Positions 14,081-26,588 of a DNA stretch of 64,000 nt are shown here, one piece after another. The stretch covers positions 29,698,001 to 29,762,000 of the forward strand of contig NC_087441.1 in NCBI RefSeq assembly GCF_036321535.1, in the 5' to 3' direction. The notes below the pieces were generated by a model. The model did not search any database and had not been told where the DNA came from. It saw only the letters and a program-made list of their open reading frames with translations. How positions within the stretch are numbered: the stretch's first letter is position 1; every line of letters starts with the position of its first letter. The translations under genes were made by a program, and so were the position numbers. The DNA is from Camelus dromedarius (lineage: Eukaryota).

Positions 14081-14923
14081 CCAGCAAGCAGTAAGTTCTG
14101 GTATCCACAAAAGTCAATGTTGCCTCCTGGTCAGGCCCAGGATTGCATCCTGCCTCTTGTCATCTTCTCTTGAAATTGTTTTCGTTATTTATTTAATTAG
14201 TTATCTTACATTTTTGGTCTCTTTCACATTCCGGAGACTCAGACTGCCCACCAGTTTGAAGTCATTGGACAAGAGTCTTAAAGTTTTTTGGTTCATATAA
14301 AAAAAGAAAGGGAGTGTAAACAGTTTTCTGTTAGATAATGCTCATCTGTTTGCATCCCCTCTGAATTATAAGTAAAAAGTCACAGTGATCTATCATGATA
14401 TTTTTTGATTTATCAGCTGACAATTATGTATTCCTTCAATTTTGTAGAAAGGAAAGAATTGGAACCCACTGATTTACAAAAAATTTTATTACCAGTCTTT
14501 CGAGGATTATTTTCTCTCAGTTATTGAGAAATATACCCCAAAAAGACTTGAATAAAGCTTATCTAATTTCTGTAAATTGTGTCTGTTTTTTTTCCCTCCC
14601 ACTTAGAGGCACATTGTTTAAACCACATTCTCAGAAAGGGTTGGAGAAATAGAAATATTCTTAATTTTTATCCATGGCAAAATTCTCCAAATTAGCAAAT
14701 CTTGTTTTCACTGTCAGACTAATCAAATAAAAAATACTTTGTGTCAAAAATGTCTGACTTCATATTTAATCCATTAATTCACAAATTCATATGTATGTAG
14801 TATCTATTTTGGGAAAGGCTATGAACTTCACTGATAAATTATTATATAATGTATCTTGTAAGATAAATTACTAAAAGCAGCATGATTAGAATATATAGAT
14901 CATTATAGTTTTTCTCCATTTTT

Positions 14924-15041
14924 TTAAAGGTTTACTTACTAATTTTGTTTGTTTATTTTTAATGGAGGTACTGGGGATTGAACCCAGGACCTTGTGCATG
15001 CTGAGCATGCGCTCTACACTGACCTATACCCTCCCTCCCCA
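14924..15041 (-). mobile_element. Camelid Vic-1-like SINE
   Basis: Antisense tggaggtactggggattgaacccaggaccttgtgcatgctgagcatgcgctctacactgacctataccctccc. TSD ttctccattttt at 14912-14923 and 15042-15053. Confidence 0.9.
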
Positions 15042-16522
15042 TTCTCCATTTTTAAGTTTTGAAAATAAAAGGAAAGTTGTTAAGTATTATTTTACATTTT
15101 AATAATGCAATATAACATGGTAGCTAAAAATATTTTCAAAGTGAGAAATATAAGAAAACACATGGCATTCTTTCAGACAATATATACACATACATCTATT
15201 GAATACTAGTATTCAGCACTAGAGAATAATAAAAAGAATTCAAATATAAGAATCCAGACATCACTCTCATACGGTTATTTAGAAATCATCCATTTTTTTC
15301 CTGTGTATTTAATGAAAGCAAAATTCATATGCTGCTAAAAACTAATTTGGTCCAGCTACTAGCATACAGTTTTATTTTTTGTTAATAGAACATTTTAAAC
15401 GTTTTATAAGATGAAATAAAACAAAAATTGCTTGTACATGAATAAACGTTGCATGGTATTATTTGATAAATTTGGTTTTGAATATTTTATTGAATAATGC
15501 TCATCTAGTCTAAAGTCTAATCTAAAATAATTCACATAAAGATTTTTCCTGTGGGTTTTTTTTTTTTTAATCCAGGGTAACTTGAAAAATGTCTTGGAAA
15601 ACATCCCAGATGAATTTTTTAAAATCATGTACTGCTTTGGTCAAAGATGCTTCTCTTTTCAGTTAATAGTAAATCCTTGAGAAAATTCTGAGACTACTCT
15701 TTTTTTATTCTTACCTGACTCCCTCAAGATCAGTGCGTTCTTCGGCTATAGTACAGGGACAGAAGGGGTGAGGTCATTAAAGAAAAACTGCCCTCTCTTC
15801 CAGTGTCTACATTCTACAATATATCTGATTTCAGAACATCTAGATAAAGGTCAAAAGACTTCATTTATGACGCCTTGCATTGCTCCTAACACTTTGCTAA
15901 GAAGGGGAAAATAGTAAGCTTTATGTTGTTTACAGAGCTTTGGTAAATCATTAAAGGAGGTTTCCTTGAAAAAAAATTAAAATTTTTTACGTTCTTTTGG
16001 TACTCTGGAAGATTTTGTGCCTTAGGGTCTGCAGAGAGTATTATAGTAAGTTTGGGGCTGAGTAAAGAGTAGGTCTGTCTTTTAGAAAGCTATTGTGAAA
16101 AGGGGAGGGTGGGTGTTAGGAAGGAAAATCTATGTGATGCTAGCAAGTGCCTTGTATTTAAACTGAGGACAAAGAAACTGATTTCCTTAAAATAGCAGAG
16201 TACCTCCTAAAAACCCTTTGTGTACTGCCCAGGGAATGCATATTCCAACTGGAAGTCTCTGCCAAGAACTAACCACTTATATTTTCCTAGCTTCCAACAT
16301 TGTCATTGTAATTTCTCCATTTGCCTATTCTTGTGGGTTTCTGCCTTATTAAAAAAAACAAAAAAACAAATTTGTTATGTTAATGGGGTTCTGAAGATAG
16401 AACTGTATGTATTCATTGGGCATTGGGTAGCCCAGTTTAGCCTAATTTAGACCCCCAATACAAGAACTTTTTTTTGTTTAATTAAGTTTACCACCAAAAG
16501 CTTAAAAGACTAAAAATGACTA

Positions 16523-16576
16523 TTTGCAACCAGTTTTTATTTCTTCATATCATAAATAATTCTTTCTTTGAATAAA
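16523..16576 (+). repeat. Copy 1 of a ~54-bp local direct duplication (partner 17537-17591)
   Basis: tttgcaaccagtttttatttcttcatatcataaataattctttctttgaataaa recurs about 1 kb downstream with 2 differences. Confidence 0.9.
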
Positions 16577-16975
16577 CTAAAAATGAGATATAAATATGCA
16601 AATACTTAGAATTTCATAAGATTTGTTTGATTGAAGAATGTATGTTTCTGGGAAACCAGAAGAAATGCATGATCTTAGTTGCTTTGAAATAATGAACATG
16701 GGTCAGTCTCTGTTTGGAGTATCTCAGCTGTTGTGTGAAACTACACACTTGTGTTACAAAGGAGAATAAAACTCGACATTTTTCTAAATGATGACAAGTT
16801 TTGGGACATGTCAGTTTCAAGGATGATAGTGGTAGTGAAGGAGCATTCAAAACTTCATGAAATCCACTTTACATGTCACTGTAATCAACTTTCATGTATT
16901 TATATATGAAACATGTTAAATTTGGAATTGTACCTGTTGAGAATACCAAAATCAGAGTATTCTGTTTACACACAG

Positions 16976-17053
16976 CTGATTTCTCGAATTGAAGAAGGAG
17001 GTTTGGAAACTGAAGGCCTCTTAAGAATACCCGGAGCTGCCGTTAGAATCAAG
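16976..17053 (+). CDS. ARHGAP18: ARHGAP18 exon 8 orthologue, 78 nt, phase 0 to 0: LISRIEEGGLETEGLLRIPGAAVRIK; catalytic arginine finger codon AGA at 17024-17026
   Basis: Acceptor cacacag ends at 16975, donor gtaatt at 17054. The EGLLRIPG RhoGAP arginine-finger motif is intact. Confidence 0.97.
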
Positions 17054-17536
17054 GTAATTACTTGGTTCTACTCATGTAAAACTTTACTGTTTAATTATAC
17101 TTTTGCATTTTTAAAGCTAACTTGTCCTCCCCACCCCTTCTTCCCATTTTAGTAGACAAAATAGAACAAAAAACCTTCTAACATTAAACATTCAGTTTAT
17201 AGTTAGTTTTTCTAGTCTCTTTTGATTTGTGTAGGTTTTGATTTTTTTTCCAAAATCACTGTATTACCTGTGATAATACTGTGATAAATTAAGAGGGAAA
17301 TGATTTTAATCTCTCTTCTGGGCAAACGTAAAATAGGAACAAAAGTAAACAAGCAAAAGACAAGAGTAGTTAAAAAAGGCAGGATGATAAACTCCACCAG
17401 GTGAACAGAGTAGAAGACTTGACATCAGTCCCCAGACATTATTAGTTTTAGTAAGCTGGCAAAATGAGACTCTGTCTCAACCTCCCTGTTGACTGTCACA
17501 GTTCCTTGGCTCCCTGGATCCAAGAGTAGCCTGAGT

Positions 17537-17591
17537 TTTGCAACCAGTTTTTTATTTCTTCATATCATAAAAAATTCTTTCTTTGAATAAA
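17537..17591 (+). repeat. Copy 2 of the ~54-bp local direct duplication
   Basis: tttgcaaccagttttttatttcttcatatcataaaaaattctttctttgaataaa. Confidence 0.9.
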
Positions 17592-18249
17592 AAATAAAAG
17601 AGGCCAGGGAATTCCCAGACTTCCCAGTCGAAGCCCCCTCTTTCCTCCCCCCCTGCCCTCTCTTCTCTCAAGATGCCATTTCCTTCCCACTGTCCTAGAA
17701 TGCTGTGTATCTTCCTCCTTTCTCTGCTCCCCAGCTCCTGCTCTGGGCAAGAAAGTAAATGAATGCATGGTAAAGTACAATTACCCCCCGACGATGGCAT
17801 GGCTCGTATACGTTCCCCCCGGATTTGTATTTTACAGGGACTTCATACTTGGATTGGTAGCTCTATCTAGAAACTTTATCAAGGGAAAATGTTTGGTTAG
17901 CAGTTACGAACAATATCCATTACCCTATCCTCCAGATTCAGCTCTGGCTCTGAATAGATAGTGTTAGATAGGTCACTGCCCACATCCGATATTTTGTCTT
18001 CCTGAATCTGTAAATCTAAGAAAAAATAGGATAGAGGGAAGAGGTAATCCTCTGTTCATTTCCTTAAGACCTATTCTGTGTGAGACCTTTAGAGCTGGAT
18101 CAAGAAGAAATGACTCCTGGTGGGTGGCACTCTCCTTGCCTGGGACAATGGCTGTGGCGCTGCCAGGACCGGAATTACTGTTCATAGGTTCCACAGTTTG
18201 CATCACCTGCTTATCTTGATAAGCTTCCTCAATTTAGGAAGCTAGTTTG

Positions 18250-18790
18250 GGCCGACTTGGCTCTTACTACGTGGTGATCTCAGTTTAATCGGGTTTGAGT
18301 CACCCGATACATACCCTGCTCACAGCTGTCATCCCGCTGGTGTCCCCTGGGCTTGCGGTGCGGTGCACAGAGGTCCCCGAAACTGCTTCGGTGCCCCCGT
18401 GAGTGAGCGTGATGAGGTGCCCTGGTCTCAGGTCCCCTGCTGACACCTCCGGCCTTTCACCACCGGTCAGTTATGGACACTGTGTGATTCGGAGATGAGT
18501 TCTGTGGAGAAGCACGTTCTCCTGCAGAGAAAGAATCCCTCGGAAACAGGTAACGGGACTTCATGTTACCCACCTCCGCGAGAACGACCGCTTCGCAGGG
18601 CACTGTTCACAGCGCGCATGAGCAGAATGCGACGGCTGGCCCGCTTGCCAGAGTCCTGCACGCCTCTTGCTGAGCATCCGAGGGTGCGCAGCAGGCGTGT
18701 TCTGCATTTTGGCCGGGTAGCTGGCGGAGGGAGGAGTTCAACTCGGTATAATTTCTTAGAAGCTCAATTACGTGGATTCGGCTGGCTCAA
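18250..18790. promoter_or_regulatory. Intronic CpG-island-like segment in ARHGAP18 intron 8
   Basis: Manual count of about 36 CpG in ~540 bp of GC-rich sequence, against a CpG-depleted AT-rich background. Confidence 0.55.
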
Positions 18791-19904
18791 CTCTTCAACA
18801 CAGCCCATTGTCACAGACCAAATTACACAGCAGCTGGTCCATTATAAATAATTTAAAGATAATATGCAAAAATTCTGGTTCTTTCTCCTCCCCTCCCCCA
18901 CCAAGTTGCTGGGGCCCTCCGCCCACCCCTCTCTTTCCTCTCCTCCCCCCCCCCGACTCCTTTCACCCTTCTCTCCTTCCACCTGTCTTTCCCCTAACCC
19001 CCATTTCTAGGTTCGCCTTTACATATTTAACCAATTACAAAAATAATTGGGGTGAAGGCTGGAATTGTGTCGAGAAAGTGTCAGAAATTCACCTTACAGG
19101 AAAAGCAAAAGAACGTTTCTTGGGAGAACGGTTTCAAATAATAGAAGAAAGTGACAACCTTGGAAGGATTTCTATCATAATAGGATTTATGCCACAGTGA
19201 AAAAGCATATAGAAAATAGTAATTATGAAGCTAAGTTGATTTATTATTAATAATTTGTCTGGCAAGTTTTGCAGCATCTCTGAGGTAAATGAAGTAGGTA
19301 TTTCTAATTCTACATGGGCCCCCACTGTTTTCTGCAGCTAGCAGCAGGATGGCTGTGTCACTGACAGCCTGTGGTTTTAAGACAGGTGTATTGATATATT
19401 TTCGTGCCTCATTTGCTGGAGAATTTGGTTTTCCATTTCCTAGAGGTGAGTACTCAGAGGTGGCCTCCTGCTTTAGGTCCAGAGATTGATTATGTATTTT
19501 GTTATGTAACGGACTTCTAAATAATTTAAAACATAGACTTTTTTAAAATGATTTTTTTAAAGTGAGTGAAAAAATTTTAGTATCTAAGTAAAGCCACCAA
19601 ATGTAAAGGCTCTTACAACTAACCTTTTGATTAAATCTGCACTGCTTAAGGTTTGTTGCAAGTCCTGAAAATTGTACAGTTTTTTAAATTTTTTGGTGTT
19701 AGGTATCATCTTCATTGGTGAAGTACATTTGGGGTGGGGGTGGGGAGTATTTTTCTGAGTAAGAGAGGAGTGTTTGGTACTTTCAGATGACTTTACACGA
19801 GTAGAACCTCTTTTAAAGTGGGAAGTGTATCATTCTCGGCAGAAAAAAAAATGCACTCACTGGTAGCTTTTTTTCCCCTGTCTCTCTCTTCCTTTGCCTT
19901 TCAG

Positions 19905-20064
19905 AATCTTTGCCAAGAACTCGAAGCAAAGTTTTATGAAGGGACTTTTAATTGGGAAAGTGTCAAGCAGCATGATGCCACCAGCCTGCTGAAACTCTTC
20001 ATCCGGGAGCTGCCCCAGCCGCTGCTCAGTGTGGAATATCTCAAAGCGTTTCAGGCTGTCCAGA
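19905..20064 (+). CDS. ARHGAP18: ARHGAP18 exon 9 orthologue, 160 nt, phase 0 to 1: NLCQELEAKFYEGTFNWESVKQHDATSLLKLFIRELPQPLLSVEYLKAFQAVQ
   Basis: Long pyrimidine tract plus tcag ending at 19904, donor gtaagt at 20065. RhoGAP signature SLLKLFIRELPQPLL. Confidence 0.97.
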
Positions 20065-20756
20065 GTAAGTGCTGTCCATCCGTCTCTGAAGCCATTCTTG
20101 TGCTGGTGCCATCCATATTAATTGTTTTAATGACATTTTGCAGCACACAGACTATAACCAGATATATTTGGATAGACATATTGACTCACTGATGGCAGCG
20201 TGTACTCAAATGCCACACTGTGTTTTCCTTTTCCTTTATAAATATACATCTCTGAGTAAATAGATAACAGAATGTTCTCTTTGGGTACAGATTAATTGCA
20301 TCTCCTTTCAGCAATTCAGTATACGTATTTTCGTGTTAAAACCTGGAAACTTCAGATTTCTTTTATAACAGAATGAGTCATGTTAAGTTCTCTGATACAT
20401 TTGTCTTGCCAAGTGTTAAAAGCAACACTTACTGGAGAAGCTGTGGATTAACAGTTATCATAAAAGCACAAGGGGATGTGGCAGAACCTGTGATTATTTC
20501 CTGAAAAATTAATTTCTGAAATTGTCATGCAGAAACGTAGAACAAATCATTTGGCTGCCTCATTGGTCGGGGGGAGGGTGACAAACTTCACATGTCTTGC
20601 CATATTGTGGTCTTGGGAAAAGCTCCAAATTAAGGTCTCCAGTAGTTCTCGATTCCTGTCCAGTGAACACAGAGATCTTAGGAGGTTCATGTACTGGCAT
20701 GATTACCTCTTTTAGTCTTAGAGACCATTAAAACAGGAAAAATGCTGTCACCACAT

Positions 20757-20869
20757 TATAGTGACCATATTGTTAAATTCCAAGTTGGGACACTTTTGAG
20801 AGTAAAAAGGAGGTACTGTTAATGATTATGGCGAGCTAGTGTCAACCAGAACTGTTCCAGGCTATTCTT
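20757..20869 (+). mobile_element. hAT-Blackjack MITE (MER94-like), interrupted by L1
   Basis: gtgaccatat...caagttgggacacttttgagagtaaaaaggaggtactgttaatgattatg resembles the recalled MER94 consensus. Confidence 0.6.
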
Positions 20870-21851
20870 TTTTTTTTTTTTAATGAGGTATAATTGACAT
20901 ACAATATTATGAGTTTCAGATGTACAGTGTAATGATTCAGTATCTGTATATATTGCAAGATGAACACCATAATGTCTAGTTAACATCTGTCACTACACAT
21001 AATGACAGAAAAATATTTTTCTTGTGATGAGAACTTTGAAGATTTACTTTTAGCAACTTTCAAATATACATATAGTGTTATTAACTGTAATTCCCATGCT
21101 GTACAGTTTCCCCAGGGCTTATTTCTTTTATAACTGGCAGTTTGTGCCTTTTGACTCCTTTCACCCATTTCCCCCCATCCCCACCACCTATGGTGGTTCA
21201 GATTGTTTCCCAAATCAATTCTATGAATCTGTGAGCTGTTTTTGTCTTTTTAAGATTCCACGTGTAAGTGAGATCATGGGATATTTGTTGTTCTCTGTCT
21301 TATTTCACTTAGCATTTTGATCTCCAGGTTCATCCATGTTTGTTGCAAACGGCAAGATTTCATTATATTTATTTATTTATTTATATTGAAGTACCATTGA
21401 TTTACAATGTTGTTAGTTTCAGATGTACAGTAAAGTGATTTGGTTATACGTGTACATATATATATATATATTCTTTTTCAGATTCTTTTCCATTATAGGT
21501 TATTACAAGATATTGAATATAGTTCCCTGTGCTATACAGTAGGTTCTTGTTGTTTACCTATTTTATATACGTAATAGTGTGTATGTGTTAATCTCAAACT
21601 CCTAATTTATCCCTCCGTCTCATCCCTTTTCCCTTTGGTAACCATAGTTTATTTTCTAAGTCTGTGAGTCTATTTCTGGTTTGTAATTAATTTCATTTGT
21701 ATCTTTTTTTTTAAGATTCCACATGTAAATGAGATCATGACATTTGTCTTTCTCTGACTTACTTCACTTAGATAATCTCTAGGTCCATTCATGTTGCTAC
21801 AAATGGCATTATTTCATTCTTTTTTATGGATGAATATTATTCCATTATGTG
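20870..21851 (-). mobile_element. Two nested LINE-1 3' ends: an older L1MA9-like copy with a younger copy inserted at ~21367-21815
   Basis: Poly-T start and two successive L1 3' UTR termini (aatgaggtataattgacatacaat...; tattgaagtaccattgatttacaatgttg...). Outer TSD ccaggctattctt (20857-20869) / ccaggctagtctt (21852-21864). Confidence 0.85.
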
Positions 21852-22673
21852 CCAGGCTAGTCTTAAAGCATGTTATATTGAAATGTTTCCTGTGGGTTAT
21901 TAGATATCATAACACCTCTTCAGAATTTTTGGGGAAGACATGACTGAAATCGTTTTCTAAAAATTTTTTTAATGGTTCAATTGTGCTATTTTGCCTATAT
22001 ATTCCTTGGCTAAAGATGAAAGGACTAAATTTATCCCTGAAAAACAAATGCCAGAATGATTACAGATATCCAAGAGTGTTTCTTAATGGGATGAGGGCTA
22101 CCGGAAATGAGTATCAAGGGTGATGATTGTGCCTCTCCAACTCTTTCATTGCTAGTGGGTTTTCTCATTCATTCCACAAGTGTTTATTGAACACCTATTG
22201 TGTTCCAGGCCCTGTTTTGCACATTCCTGTTGGAACTGATGGACTCTCACCATGTACACCACATAATTTGTTCACTCACCATTAAGAGAAACAGACTTCA
22301 CTGTTACAGATGCACCCTGACACCATATCCTAGAAGGTCCAATCTTCTATGTCTTTTCCTTGGGAAATAATTATCACGCAGAAGTTAAAATTTTTTTCCA
22401 AAGCACTGTTGTGTGTCTGCAAACATAAGGCCGCTCGTCATATGATCACAGTTGGAAGTGAGCATTCTGAGGGAGAGAACACTCCACAGCAACAGCTGCT
22501 TCCCCTGGTCTCCCACAAACACACTCTCAACAAGGCTTCGGCTCAGTCTTTGTGTCTTACATTTCCCAGTGATGTTTATGCCAAATAACGTTCTTTCTTA
22601 CAAAATGAGAAGAGAAAGTAAAGAAAAATGTTTGGTAAAGACAAGCATTCAGATTTGTCTACTCTGTCTGCAG

Positions 22674-22756
22674 ATCTTCCAACCAAGAAGCAGCAACTAC
22701 AGGCTTTGAACCTTCTTGTCATCCTGCTGCCTGATGCAAACAGAGACACACTCAAG
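22674..22756 (+). CDS. ARHGAP18: ARHGAP18 exon 10 orthologue, 83 nt, phase 1 to 0: NLPTKKQQLQALNLLVILLPDANRDTLK
   Basis: Acceptor ctctgtctgcag ends at 22673, donor gtcagc at 22757. RhoGAP LPxxNRxTL motif. Confidence 0.96.
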
Positions 22757-25700
22757 GTCAGCTGGACTCATTTACGTGAGCTCTCCCTCAGAACGCAGCA
22801 GAGTAATTTTTCATTATTTGTGGCAAAACAAAATGATGTTATGGAAATGTTAGTAGTTGTCTATAAAGAAAGGACCTATATTTAAGGACAGATGGTGAAA
22901 GTCTTTAACTTTATTAATTTATTAACTAGATTAGTCATATTAATGGTATCATTAGGTTTTGTTTGTTTGTTTGTTTTTTGTCTTTGGGTGGTTTGTTTTT
23001 CACTGTCACATTTCTTCTACCAAAACAGGTATCTGAAGTTCATTTGTTACTAGAAACATGGGTGCTTTTGGGGTTTTCTCCTCTATTTTTCTGCATTTTC
23101 CAAATTTTATTTAATGAGCATGTATTAGTAAGGTGAAAAATGAAAGTTTAAAAAGAAAATCCTAAGGCTCGTCAAATATAACCCACTGTTGCCTAAAGAC
23201 GCTACATTTGTAGTTCCAAGCAGTAGAGTCTGAACTAAGTCATAATGATGATTTTGAAATGTTTGGTTAGCCAAAACATAGACCAACTCTAATAAATGCT
23301 AGTCATTTCTATAAGGGCTTTACCCTGAGTTTCTGATTTATGTCATGATTTCAAAGTGATTTGGTCCAATATTCATATGATTTAATACTGTTTATCTTAA
23401 ATGTTGTCAGAGGCTTTTATAATAATCAGTGGATTGTTCTGTGTTGATTTATTTTCCTTAGGGGAAAAAGTTTATAGAGTAGTTGGAAGAAATTTAATTA
23501 TAAACTTTTATAAAGTTTAGAAAGAGTTTTTATACCTTCTGTTTTGTTGTTGCCTTTAAAAAAATATTTGTATATAGATAAGGGTGAAAACTTTACGCAT
23601 CTACCCCTTTATTTCTATTTAAAATGAAAAATCATGTCAAAAATATTTCCTGTCAAGAAAACAAAACCACCAGTTGGTAAACCTTGGAAATTTTTTTCTG
23701 TACCTTGTTAAGACTCCTTGAATTGAAACTAGGTGAGTGAGTTCTTTCATGCCCATGGAATTGAACATTAATACTCAGCTCTTCTGGATGAAGCAGTTAA
23801 TGAGGATCACTGGAGTTAAAAAACAAAACAAAACAAAACACTGCATCACTATAGGAGAACTTCCAAAGAGTTATTCCCTTAACTAAGTCACAAAATAATC
23901 TTTTGCTTCACTGGCTGTTAAATAAATAACCGACAAGGCAGATTAGGTTTGGTTTGGTTTGGTCTGGATTTGGAGATAGACCAACTCCAGAGAGGGTTGT
24001 ATTCAAAAATTGTGTGACCAGAGCTGCTGTGTATGGGTGTATAGACTGTAACTAAAATAGGAGCATCTGGCCCAGGACACAGTGGGGACTGATTTCCAGT
24101 CTGTTCTCTGCTTGTTAGCCATGCCCTGGACATAGGGTATCAACTACCCAGAAAGAGGAATTTAATCCATATTTTTCTTCGTCACGTAAAGGTGCCTGTC
24201 TATGTGATGACCGTGTGAATGACCAGTATAAGGTGGAAATTGAGATACATGATTTACTTAAAATATGCCTGCATTCAAAAGAATTCAGGTAGTTTGGGGA
24301 GGAAACGCTTATCCTGGTATGGTTACTATTGGGCGAGGTTGGTCTGGAACTCATTCTTGGACTTTGCCTTTAAAGTCCCAGGCACTTTTTTTTTTTTTTA
24401 ATTTTAAAGTAGTTTTAATTTTTGCATATCAGATTACTGGGAGCACAATTATATAAATAAGGTAGAAAATACTTTTGAGGGGTAAAAAAAATTAGAAAAT
24501 GAAAACAAGTAATTTTAATAATTTACTTAGGTTTTAGTAACTTAATTAGCCAGCTCTGGTGAAGATTTCAAACAAGACTTCTAATAATAGAAACATTGAA
24601 ATAAGTATACCTACAAGAGAATAAACTATTTAAATTTAGTTCTATAAAAGAGAAGGGAAACTTCATCACAAGGTAATTTCAGGAAGCTTAATGCAAACTT
24701 CCTCAGTTTTTCCAATCCTAGTGCTACTCCTTCAGTTGCCATTTGGAGGGACAGGATCATGTGCATGGCTTGTGTAGACTGTTTCTACAGCACATCTAAG
24801 GGTTTGGAGTGACCATGTTAAACACCATGTCCTAGTTTAAGTCTAAAGCAACAGGTGTCTTTGGAGAAATTGCTTAACCGGGATTTTTTTTTTAACCTTG
24901 GATTTAGTGCATTTGGACCAGTGATCATACTTACCTTTGACTTGGAGCAATAAGAAAGACTGATGTTAAGATAAAATAGGAGACCTGTGTTAATATAATT
25001 AGGGGCATATGTTTATCCTTTTTGTAGTTTTAGGGAGTTTGTTTTTACATACATTGTGTTGCTTAATCCTGTTAGGCTAGGAGATTAGTATTTCCATTTT
25101 ATGAACAAGAAGACTTTAAAGAGCAGGATGCCAGAAGGTTTGCCCTAAGATTACACATAGCTAATAAGTAACCGTGCTGGGACTCTGACTAGGTTTTCAG
25201 AATGGGTTCAGTGATACTTACATAATACCAGACTGGTGATAGATACTTTTTTAAAAGGACAGTCCTTATCGTTCAGATGAAAAGAAAATACACGTGAAGA
25301 TGGAGTTCTTTCAGCTGAGGCTAGGCTAACCTTTAATTAGTTTCATACCTATACACACAGACAACACACACATTCTAGTATCCTGGTAGTAATATTTTGA
25401 ATATTGCATTATGCACACCACATTTAAGTGGTTTATTACCTAATCTCTGTAATTTATGCTTGTAAAGAAAGAGATACACTGGTCCCTGAAGAATTATTCT
25501 GGTCTCTGGAACAAAATTAAGTATTTTGTCCAAACCTTACCAGTTAATCTTTTGTCTTCATTTGAGAAGGTACTGTTTCTGTTTCACCTTTGCTTGGATT
25601 ACAGTTTAACTTTCTGAGCACTGTACCAGAAATTAGATACATTAATTTCATTGCTAGATATTAAGGCTGTGCCTTTAGTTTGTTTCACAATTTGGGGGTC

Positions 25701-25949
25701 TATTTAGCAGCTAAACTTGATTCAAGATCAATCTATTAACACTTTGTTGTTTTTGTTTTTCCCTGAGATCCTTTGAGAGATGAATACAGTCTTTTTGTTT
25801 TGTTTCTGTTTTTCTATTTTGGTATAGTTTATTTGACCTCTTTCAGATAGGGATTTTAGGCTAAATATGAAAACATTGATTCTTTTAGTAGTTAAGAATT
25901 CAGAATAGACATGCAGTTAAATTTCTTCTCCACCATTTGCTTGCTCTAT

Positions 25950-26060
25950 GGCCTCTGTGAAGTTTTATACATTCTCTTAGACATTGTTTTCTCATCTGTA
26001 AAATGGGGATCATTACAGCATCTGTCTCCAGTAAGGGAGTTGACCTCTGTGATGTGTTTA
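25950..26060 (+). mobile_element. MIR SINE fragment
   Basis: Core ttgttttctcatctgtaaaatggggatcatt. Confidence 0.6.
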
Positions 26061-26588
26061 AAATAATACTTTGCCCGTAGAGAACATTGACTGCCTGTGC
26101 AGTTACTGTTACTATTGTTTAGACCAAAATTAATACAAGAAGGAAAGAAAAGAACTTAAAGCCTGCCCTCCTAGCAGAAGGAAGATGATCTCAGCTGTCT
26201 GTGGCTTTTGTGGGGGGGAGGTTCAGAGGAGACATAAGTGTTGGCAATAGAGGTGGGAAGTTGGTGGCATCAAACTGAGTATAAACTAGCCTGTTCTGAT
26301 GAAAATTTTCTTTTCATTCATTCCTTTAAAAAAAAAAAAGACTCTCTTCCCTTTGTCTCTGTTTATTCCCCCTCCTCCCCATTGTTTTTGGATCTCCTGT
26401 CCATCAGCTATTGCAGCCCTTAAGACAAAGGCAGCTGGGGTTGAATGAGCCTTCCACTGGATGTGGCTAGCTGACTGTGGTTAGGCACCACTTATTTTTT
26501 TAAATAAATAAAAAGCTTGTATGCTACAGTGCTTTATTCTCTTACCTTCACATACAACACAAATCCCAAAGAGTCATTTCTGTTTCAG

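Noticed and set aside
18495-19200. ORFs of 118 aa and 142 aa on the + strand in intron 8
   Set aside because: No recognisable domain; they are explained by GC-rich, stop-poor sequence and a proline-coding C tract.
19818-20192. 124-aa ORF as a standalone gene (likewise 16913..17152, 22628..22885 and 26517..26840)
   Set aside because: Each is a single ARHGAP18 exon read through into the flanking introns; the splice sites define the true coding part.
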